Of a stretch of 64,000 nucleotides of DNA, positions 36,865 to 43,612 are shown piece after piece. Numbering within the stretch: the stretch's first letter is position 1; the number at the start of each line of letters is the position of its first letter. This DNA comes from Candidatus Scatosoma sp. (GTDB lineage Bacteria; Bacillota; Clostridia; Christensenellales; Borkfalkiaceae), in the NCBI GenBank assembly GCA_045533485.1, contig JAZSHX010000019.1:8300-72299 (forward strand), written 5' to 3'. Under the pieces are notes generated by a model. That model saw nothing but the letters and a program-made list of their open reading frames with translations, had not been told where the DNA came from and did not search any database. The translations under genes and the position numbers were made by a program.

Positions 36865-39861
36865 TTACAATGTTACTGTTCCGTCGTTGCAAACCACCTG
36901 CGTCGCAGGTACGCCTCGATTCCATCCATAACCTTTCTCAATCGCGTCCCATTCTTCTTTCGTACCATTAAACGTCAGGCTTGTTAGGATACAATCTTCA
37001 AACGCCCACCTACCAATGGTTTCTACACTGTCAGGAATGGTTACACGCGTTAAACTGTCACACGTATTGAACGCACCATCGCCAATCGTCGTTACACTGT
37101 CGCCAATAGTCACACTTGTTAAATTGCTACAAAACGCAAATGCGTAATAGCCAATCGAAGTTACACTGTCGGGGATAACGATGGCTTTTATCTTGTTATT
37201 TTCATAAAACGCCTGTTGATAAATACTTTTCACGGGCAGCCCGTTATAGGTATCCACAATGACAACATCCGTTGCCGTACCCGTATATCCAGTTACCATC
37301 GCATACGTGCCATCATCGGAAACTTGATATTGCAAACCATCCGTGCCTTGCAACAACGTCTTGGTGAAAATAATTTGCAAATCAGCAGATACGCCTTGAT
37401 TCCAATTTTCACCTTTCACAATCGCATCCCATTCTTCTTTTGTACCATCAAACGTAATGCTTGTTAAGTTTTTGCAATCCGCGAATGCATATTCGCCAAT
37501 AGAAATTATACTATTAGGAATTTCAAAGCTTGTTATATTAGTACAACCCTTAAATGCACCACCAGCAATAACCTTTGTTTCTTCATGGATAACATACGAA
37601 TACAAATTTTTATTTTTCGCATACAATACAGCATGATGTTCATTGCCTTCGTTGCCTAAATATGCAACATTGAGATAAATAGCAGGATAAAAACTATACA
37701 AGTATTCGGTAAGTATTGCATTATATGCAATATTTATTACACTATCGGGGATAATGATATTTTCCAAGCTAGAGCCATAATAGAAGGCATTTTCGGCAAG
37801 TGTCGTCACGCCATCAGGAACAATAAAGATATCTTCATAATAACTGGAAGCTAAAATAAGCGTTTTCCCGTCTTTTGTATATACACTACCATCTATTGAC
37901 TTGTATTTCGCATTATTCTCCGATATCGTTATATACAAAGACCAACACCAACCAAATTGCTCTCTTCCAATCCATTCTACACTATCACCGATAAAAACCG
38001 TACCCAATGATTCACAATGAGAAAATGCCCCAACGCCAATTGTTTTTACGCCGTTCCCGATTATTACATCAGATAAAACCATATTCTCAATAAACGCATA
38101 AGCACCAATTGAAATTACACTGTCAGGAATCACTAATTGCCCATGGTTACAACCAGCGAACGCATAATCACCTATTATCTTGACCCCATTCGGTATGTTT
38201 ACCGTAGAAATCCACCCAGTAGAAAAAGCATGATTATTAATAACTTGAATACTATCAGGAAGCATCACGCTCAACCATTCATGACCGCGATAAAATCCCC
38301 CGCCATTCCCAATGTGTGTTACCGGCACCCCATTATAAGTGCTAGCAACTCTGATCCGTGTTGCTGAACCTGTATAGCTTGTTGCAATTGCATAAGTACC
38401 ATCCGAAGAAATACAATATTCTATCCCTTCCGACGCCTTAATCAACATTTTGCAAACTGTACACACACCTTCTGCATCCAACGAGTGTTCTCCATAACCT
38501 TTTACCTTCGAACAATCTTTACATTCATACCAGTGATAAAAATCATCCAACGTATACGTTGTAAACCATGCGTGCGTATCAACAATCGCCGTGTAATTAT
38601 TTTTTATTTGTTCGCCACATTTACCACACGTTTTCACATCATAACCTTGCGTGGTACAAGTCGGCGCAACCGTTGTCACCTCGCCCCACTTATGTCCTGC
38701 CATAACGTAATTACTCTTTTCTTCCGTTCCGCACACACCGCAGGTTTTGGTGTCATAACCGTCCGTGGTACAGGTAGCCGCAACCGTTGTTGTTGCTCCC
38801 CACGTATGTCTTGCATTTACAAAATTCGTCTTTTCTACGTAATCGCAACGCGTACAAGGCGTTTGCGTGTAGCCGTCCGTTGTGCAAGTGGGCGCAACCG
38901 TCGTCGGCGTTCCCCACTTATGCCCTGCGGAAACGTAGTTTTCTTGCACTGCCGTTCCGCACGTTGTACACGTCTTGCTGTCATATCCTTGTTCCGTGCA
39001 AGTAGGCGCAACCGTCGTCACTGCGCCCCAAGCATGGTTATTCGAAATCGCCGTGTAGTTGTTCTTCACTTCTTCTCCGCAGGTTGTACACACCTTCACG
39101 TCATAACCCTGCACCTTACAGGTAGCCGCAACCGTTGTTGTTGCTCCCCATTTGTGTCCTGCTGGTACAACGTTTTCTTTTTTTACTTCACTGCAAGCCG
39201 TACAAGGCGTTTGCGTGTAACCGTCCGTCGTACAAGTGGGCGCAACCGTCGTCGGCGTTCCCCACTTATGCCCTGCGGAAACGTAGTTTTCTTGCACTGT
39301 CGTTCCGCACGTTGTACACGTCTTGCTGTCATATCCTTGTTCCGTGCAAGTAGGCGCAACCGTCACTACCGCGCCCCAAGCATGGTCGTTGCTGGTTGCC
39401 GTGTAGTTGCTTTTCACTTCTTCTCCGCATACACGACACGCCTTTTTATCATAACCTTGGTCTTTACAGGTAGGCGCAACCGTCACTACCGCACCCCACG
39501 CATGCGTTGCGTCCACGTGATTTTCTTGCACTGTCGTTCCGCAGACGTCGCAGGTTTTTTCATCATACCCCTGCTCCGTGCAAGTAGGCGCAACTTTCGT
39601 CACTTCGCCCCACGTATGTCTTGCCGGTACGAAATTTTCCTTTGCTTCTTCGCCACAGCTTGTACAAACTCTTGCATCGTAGCCATCTTTTGTACAGGTA
39701 GGCGCTACCGTGGTAGGGTTACCGTAGGTATGTACGTGCGGCGCATTCTCAATTTCGTAATTGCTATACGAATAATACGCTGAGCACGACGCCAAACCGC
39801 TAATCGTCAACGCCGAAAACAGCGCTACCAAGCATAACTTTAACCATTTTTTGCCTTTCAT
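36865..39861 (-). CDS. large surface lipoprotein A: lipobox signal peptide, 10 tandem His/Cys modules plus cap, two BspA-type leucine-rich-repeat blocks
   Basis: ORF 36865..39897. Start at ATG 39861 (GGAG upstream). Signal MKGKKWLKLCLVALFSALTISGLASC (lipobox LASC). Ten repeats of H.WG....VAPTC...GY....C..CG. LRR_5-like repeats (IPDSV..IG..AF..C..L). C-terminus FNGTKEEWDAIEKG.GWN...VVCNDGTVTL is paralogous to 43613..46855. Confidence 0.9.
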   Translation of the reverse strand: MKGKKWLKLCLVALFSALTISGLASCSAYYSYSNYEIENAPHVHTYGNPTTVAPTCTKDGYDARVCTSCGEEAKENFVPARHTWGEVTKVAPTCTEQGYDEKTCDVCGTTVQENHVDATHAWGAVVTVAPTCKDQGYDKKACRVCGEEVKSNYTATSNDHAWGAVVTVAPTCTEQGYDSKTCTTCGTTVQENYVSAGHKWGTPTTVAPTCTTDGYTQTPCTACSEVKKENVVPAGHKWGATTTVAATCKVQGYDVKVCTTCGEEVKNNYTAISNNHAWGAVTTVAPTCTEQGYDSKTCTTCGTAVQENYVSAGHKWGTPTTVAPTCTTDGYTQTPCTRCDYVEKTNFVNARHTWGATTTVAATCTTDGYDTKTCGVCGTEEKSNYVMAGHKWGEVTTVAPTCTTQGYDVKTCGKCGEQIKNNYTAIVDTHAWFTTYTLDDFYHWYECKDCSKVKGYGEHSLDAEGVCTVCKMLIKASEGIEYCISSDGTYAIATSYTGSATRIRVASTYNGVPVTHIGNGGGFYRGHEWLSVMLPDSIQVINNHAFSTGWISTVNIPNGVKIIGDYAFAGCNHGQLVIPDSVISIGAYAFIENMVLSDVIIGNGVKTIGVGAFSHCESLGTVFIGDSVEWIGREQFGWCWSLYITISENNAKYKSIDGSVYTKDGKTLILASSYYEDIFIVPDGVTTLAENAFYYGSSLENIIIPDSVINIAYNAILTEYLYSFYPAIYLNVAYLGNEGNEHHAVLYAKNKNLYSYVIHEETKVIAGGAFKGCTNITSFEIPNSIISIGEYAFADCKNLTSITFDGTKEEWDAIVKGENWNQGVSADLQIIFTKTLLQGTDGLQYQVSDDGTYAMVTGYTGTATDVVIVDTYNGLPVKSIYQQAFYENNKIKAIVIPDSVTSIGYYAFAFCSNLTSVTIGDSVTTIGDGAFNTCDSLTRVTIPDSVETIGRWAFEDCILTSLTFNGTKEEWDAIEKGYGWNRGVPATQVVCNDGTVTL
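38446..39738 (-). repeat. tandem array of ~114-120-nt coding repeats (His/Cys modules), including a near-identical internal duplication with 348-nt period
   Basis: Eleven consecutive 38-43-aa modules in the protein. DNA around 38885..39016 and 39233..39364 is almost identical; I saw one mismatch in about 130 nt by eye. Confidence 0.85.
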
Positions 39862-40045
39862 AAACCAATCTCCAAATAAAAAAGTGCCGTTTACCAAACG
39901 ATAAACGACACTGCATAAGTGCCTTTATCGCTTAGTTGCGACACTAACTCAAAAATAACCCATAGTGAAAGGTTTTATAGAAACGCGAAAAAGGTACACT
40001 TTGCCTAAAAGTATACTTCCACTATGCGTTATTAAGTTAGGTCGC
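39862..40045 (-). promoter_or_regulatory. structured 5' leader A: nested helices P1-P3, alternative antiterminator/pseudoknot pairings and an intrinsic terminator (candidate riboswitch-like attenuator)
   Basis: Hand folding of the minus-strand transcript. P1 is 40032..40045 with 39938..39952. P2 is 40020..40026 with 39961..39967. P3 is GUAUACUU/AAGUGUAC. Terminator arms 39882..39892 and 39902..39912 are followed by a U-run. Every helix is kept by compensatory changes in the paralogous leader at 46856..47037. Confidence 0.6.
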
Positions 40046-40051
40046 ATTTTC

Positions 40052-40080
40052 ATTTTACCACTTTTTTCTTATTTTTGCAA
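40052..40080 (-). promoter_or_regulatory. sigma-A type promoter of leader A (TTGCAA-17-TAAAAT)
   Basis: -35 at 40075..40080, 17-nt spacer, -10 at 40052..40057. The predicted start coincides with the 5' base of P1. Same geometry as 47044..47072. Confidence 0.6.
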
Positions 40081-40090
40081 GCGTTTTGCA

Positions 40091-40123
40091 TATAAAAACA
40101 GTCGCGTCAATACGACGCGACTG
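40091..40123 (-). terminator. terminator of the yhaO/yhaN-like operon
   Basis: CAGTCGCGTC / GACGCGACTG 10-bp stem followed on the minus strand by TTTTTATA. Confidence 0.8.
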
Positions 40124-40136
40124 CCGCTATTTGCGT

Positions 40137-42398
40137 TTAGCGTATTCGTCTTTCTTCTTTACAGGTGCAGTAAATAATTTGATATTTTTTTGCCAGCCGT
40201 TGCGCCATCCGCTTGGCAAGCGCGGTCGTCGTGTCGTCCAAATGCACGAACGGATCGTCGAAAAGCAGTACGGGCGGTTCGCCTGCGTACACCGCTTCGA
40301 TAAGCGCCAAGCGCATACAAAAACCTATCAATTCTTGCGTGCCTTGGCTGTAATACGCAAGGTCGCGCAACACGCCGTTTTGCTCCAACAGCGGCGTGCC
40401 GTCCGCCGTAAATTTCAAAGCGGCGGTAAAATCCGTTTTCAATTCCGCAAGCAATTTCGCGCTAATGCTTTCCACGGGCTGTAAGTACCGCGCAGCCATA
40501 TTTTCACGGGCGCGCTCCAAAAGTGTTTTCGCTGTTTGCAAAGCGCTGAAACGGCGTTCCAAACGCGCTTTTTCCGCAAGCAGCTGCGCTTCTTCCGCTT
40601 TATAATCGGCAAGCGAATACGCCTTTTGTTCCAGCGCCGCCACGCTGGCTTTCACGTTCGCAATCTCCATAAACGCCGCGCGCTCGTCCGTTTCCAACGC
40701 CGCAATCCGTTTTTTTAACTCTTCCACGTCCGCCATAGCGTACATATCGGCGGACATAGAGTCCGCAGACGCACTCTCCTTGGGCAAGCTTTCGCACGCC
40801 GAAACGGCAAGCTCCCGTTCTTGATATTCTTCTTGGTACGCTTCGCACTTTTCTTTGAGCGACGAAAGCGCCGCGCGGTAATCGTACGTTTCCGCAAACG
40901 CGAAATTGCTCAAAAAGCTCTCAATCGCCCCTTTCAGTTCTTCCGCGCGCCGTTGCCGATTACTCTTTTCTTCTATCAGCTGTTGAATATGCTCGTTTTC
41001 CAAAGCACTGTTTTGCAACTCAATTTGCAACCTGTCAAACTCACGCTGTACTTCCCGATAACGGCGGTTTAATTTTTTATCCTTGAACTTTTTACGGCGA
41101 AACGGGAATTTCCAAAACTTCGTGGAAAATACCGTTTCCAAAAATATCCACGCAATAAAACCGCCGCCCAAGCCCACTAACGGCCAACCGACCACGGGCA
41201 AGCTTTCGATTTGCGTTGCGCCGATCAGCGTGGCGATGAGTGCCAAAAGCAGTTTGAGCGTACCCATCTTTTGCTTTTGCTCGCTGGCGTTTGCTTCGCG
41301 TTGCACGTCGCGGAACGCTTTGCGCGCTTGCTGGTGCTGTTCGTCCAGCATTTGCTCAAACGATTGCAATTCCTTTTGACAGGTATGGTAGGCGTCCAAC
41401 AGCCCCTTGTATTCTTCCTGCTTCCGTCCTTGTTCGTACGATTGCGACTGTTGCGTTTCAAACCACGCAAGCAAATCGTAATACTCTCTCACGGCGTTTT
41501 CTATCCCTTCCACGTTGACCGTCAAGGGATTATTTTGCCCGAAAAACGCCTGTAATTTCGCAAGCTTTTCATCCGCGCGCGCTATGCGGCGTTGTAAATC
41601 CTGCCGTTCCATACGCGCGGCAATCCGCGTACTGTTTTGCATTTGCTCATCGCGCAAAGCGGAGAACTTTTGCAAATCCGCCTGCGTTTTGGCAAGCGAC
41701 GCGTTGAGCTCCTGCAACCGTTTCTGCGCGCCGTATAAATCGATAGCCGCCTGTTGACAATCGCGTTTTTGCGCTTCCAACTGATACAGACGCGCGTCGA
41801 TTTGGTCCAAAAGTCCGTTCTTAGGCGCACGTTTTCCGCGCAGTTTGCTTTCCGCCTGTTCCAAGCGTTGCAACGCCGTTTGCGCACCGCTTTGTTTGTC
41901 GTTTTCCACCGACAAAAGCGCAATCAACCGCGCTTTCGTGTCTTCGGGCAAGCCCTGCGCCGTCATTTCCCCGTGCGCGATATACGCCGTCCTATGATAG
42001 CTTTCTTTATTGATGCCCAAAATCAATTCGCCCAAATTTTCCACGTTTTCGCCAAACGCATAGGCAGGCAAATTGTTCTTATCGTACAACTTCACGGTAT
42101 CCATCGACGGCGTTTTTCCAAATGTGCGCTCTATACGATACGTTTCGTTTCGATAGGAAAAAGTCAAGCTTCCGCCGTACGTTCCCCCTTGGAACGGTTG
42201 ATATTTTTGGCGAATATCGTCCGCGACCTGCTTTCCGCGCGACGCATCCATACCAAAGAGCATACTTTCAATAAACGTGATAAGCGTCGTTTTGCCCCAG
42301 CCGTTGTCTTGCTTGATTTCCACAACGTCCTTGGATAAATCAAACGCTTGATTGATAAACTTACCAAACGCCGTAATATGGCAGGAAATCAGCTTCAT
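40137..42398 (-). CDS. SMC/Rad50-like AAA ATPase (YhaN/SbcE-like) with a central hydrophobic hairpin
   Basis: 753 aa. N-terminal P-loop NGWGKTT, long Q/E/K/L-rich coiled coil, two hydrophobic helices at about aa 380-424, and a C-terminal Walker B-like LLFDDPFVHLDD. Confidence 0.82.
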   Translation of the reverse strand: MKLISCHITAFGKFINQAFDLSKDVVEIKQDNGWGKTTLITFIESMLFGMDASRGKQVADDIRQKYQPFQGGTYGGSLTFSYRNETYRIERTFGKTPSMDTVKLYDKNNLPAYAFGENVENLGELILGINKESYHRTAYIAHGEMTAQGLPEDTKARLIALLSVENDKQSGAQTALQRLEQAESKLRGKRAPKNGLLDQIDARLYQLEAQKRDCQQAAIDLYGAQKRLQELNASLAKTQADLQKFSALRDEQMQNSTRIAARMERQDLQRRIARADEKLAKLQAFFGQNNPLTVNVEGIENAVREYYDLLAWFETQQSQSYEQGRKQEEYKGLLDAYHTCQKELQSFEQMLDEQHQQARKAFRDVQREANASEQKQKMGTLKLLLALIATLIGATQIESLPVVGWPLVGLGGGFIAWIFLETVFSTKFWKFPFRRKKFKDKKLNRRYREVQREFDRLQIELQNSALENEHIQQLIEEKSNRQRRAEELKGAIESFLSNFAFAETYDYRAALSSLKEKCEAYQEEYQERELAVSACESLPKESASADSMSADMYAMADVEELKKRIAALETDERAAFMEIANVKASVAALEQKAYSLADYKAEEAQLLAEKARLERRFSALQTAKTLLERARENMAARYLQPVESISAKLLAELKTDFTAALKFTADGTPLLEQNGVLRDLAYYSQGTQELIGFCMRLALIEAVYAGEPPVLLFDDPFVHLDDTTTALAKRMAQRLAKKYQIIYCTCKEERRIR

Positions 42399-43480
42399 AA
42401 CGCAATCTCCTCCCCTGCAAGCGCCTGCAACCCGATTTCCAGCACTTCCGCGCGGAAATCTTCGTTCATCTCATACCTGCCCACTTCTCTTATAAATTCT
42501 CCGCGCTCCGTCACGTCGTTTGCGTACGCCTGCGCGTCGATAAGAAGCCGCGATTCGTCCAGCACCTTCGCGTCGAAAAATATCTCTTTCAGCTTTTGCG
42601 TGAGCATAGCCGTATCCTTGCGCAAGCCCTGAAGGTATCTTCCGCAAAGCACGATTTTCACCAGCATATTTTTATCGATACCGCGCACTGCGCCAAGTAC
42701 CGCTTTTTCCACGTCGAAATACGTTTTACAAGCGGAAATATCCACGCGTACGGGCAAAATTTTGCGCGTAGCAAAGGAAAGGAACTTTTCCCCCACAAGC
42801 TTGCCGTTTTCCACTTCCAAAAGGAAAAATCCGCGATCGCCTTCTTCATCGTAACCGCGCCCTTCGGGGCAACCGCAATAGCGGTATTTTCCGCGCCCGT
42901 CCAAACGCTCCGCCTGCAAGGTGGGCTTATGTATATGTCCCAGCGCCAAATAATCAATATGCTTGTTTTGCAAGTACGCAAGCGGAATTTCGTCGTCCGT
43001 TTGCGCGTATTCCTTCACGACAGCGCCGTGTAAGAGCATAATGTTAAACGCGCGCGCGTCTAATTGCAAGGGCGAAGAAAACGCAGAAGAAAAATTGCTC
43101 GCGTCCGCGCCCGTCAGCACTACGTTTTCCCCTAAAGCGTATTGACAAAATGTGTTTTGATGGGAAAACAAATGCAAATTTTGCGGTAAGTGCGCAGGCA
43201 ACGCCACCTTTTTATCGTGATTGCCCGACACGTAGAAAAATTGCACGGGGCTTGCGCTTTCGATAAGCGAAAACACTTCGCCTTTCACCTGTGCCGATAC
43301 GTCGTTTTCGTCGAATAAATCGCCGGCAATCAGCACTGCGCCAACGCCGTTGGTTTTACAATACGCGCAAAGCTTGGCAAACCCGTCTAAAATTTCCGCT
43401 TTGCGAAGCAGCGCTTTATCCCTTGGCAACCCGACGAACGCCGAACCGATATGTATATCCCCCGTATGTACGATGCGCAC
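42395..43480 (-). CDS. metallophosphoesterase DNA-repair exonuclease (SbcD/YhaO-like)
   Basis: 361 aa. Motifs GDIHIG, GDLFD, GNHD, GHIH. GTG start. 4-nt overlap with the ATPase gene. Confidence 0.86.
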   Translation of the reverse strand: MRIVHTGDIHIGSAFVGLPRDKALLRKAEILDGFAKLCAYCKTNGVGAVLIAGDLFDENDVSAQVKGEVFSLIESASPVQFFYVSGNHDKKVALPAHLPQNLHLFSHQNTFCQYALGENVVLTGADASNFSSAFSSPLQLDARAFNIMLLHGAVVKEYAQTDDEIPLAYLQNKHIDYLALGHIHKPTLQAERLDGRGKYRYCGCPEGRGYDEEGDRGFFLLEVENGKLVGEKFLSFATRKILPVRVDISACKTYFDVEKAVLGAVRGIDKNMLVKIVLCGRYLQGLRKDTAMLTQKLKEIFFDAKVLDESRLLIDAQAYANDVTERGEFIREVGRYEMNEDFRAEVLEIGLQALAGEEIAL

Positions 43481-43540
43481 GGCTTTACCCCCTTTTTGTA
43501 TGCTATCGTTTCTATTATAGCACGAATTTTCACGAAAGTA

Positions 43541-43590
43541 AATAAAAAACAGGAAATTTCCCCAAAAGGAGTTTTTTCCTGTTTTTTTTG
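43541..43590. terminator. bidirectional terminator downstream of LRR lipoprotein B
   Basis: ACAGGAAA / TTTCCTGT stem flanked by an A-run and a T-run. Confidence 0.72.
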
Positions 43591-43612
43591 TTGTGTTATT
43601 TAAACTGTGTGG

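Noticed and set aside
39938-40045. Possible c-di-GMP-II riboswitch, because GAGUUAGUGUCGCAAC resembles the GAGUUAGUAGUGCAACC segment of the C. acetobutylicum c-di-GMP-II aptamer as I remember it
   Set aside because: The predicted transcription start leaves no room for the 5' P1/pseudoknot half of that aptamer. The resemblance is not kept in leader B (UUAAUUGAGUGUCGCAAC arises from a covarying helix). The overall architecture differs. An Rfam scan is still needed to exclude it formally.
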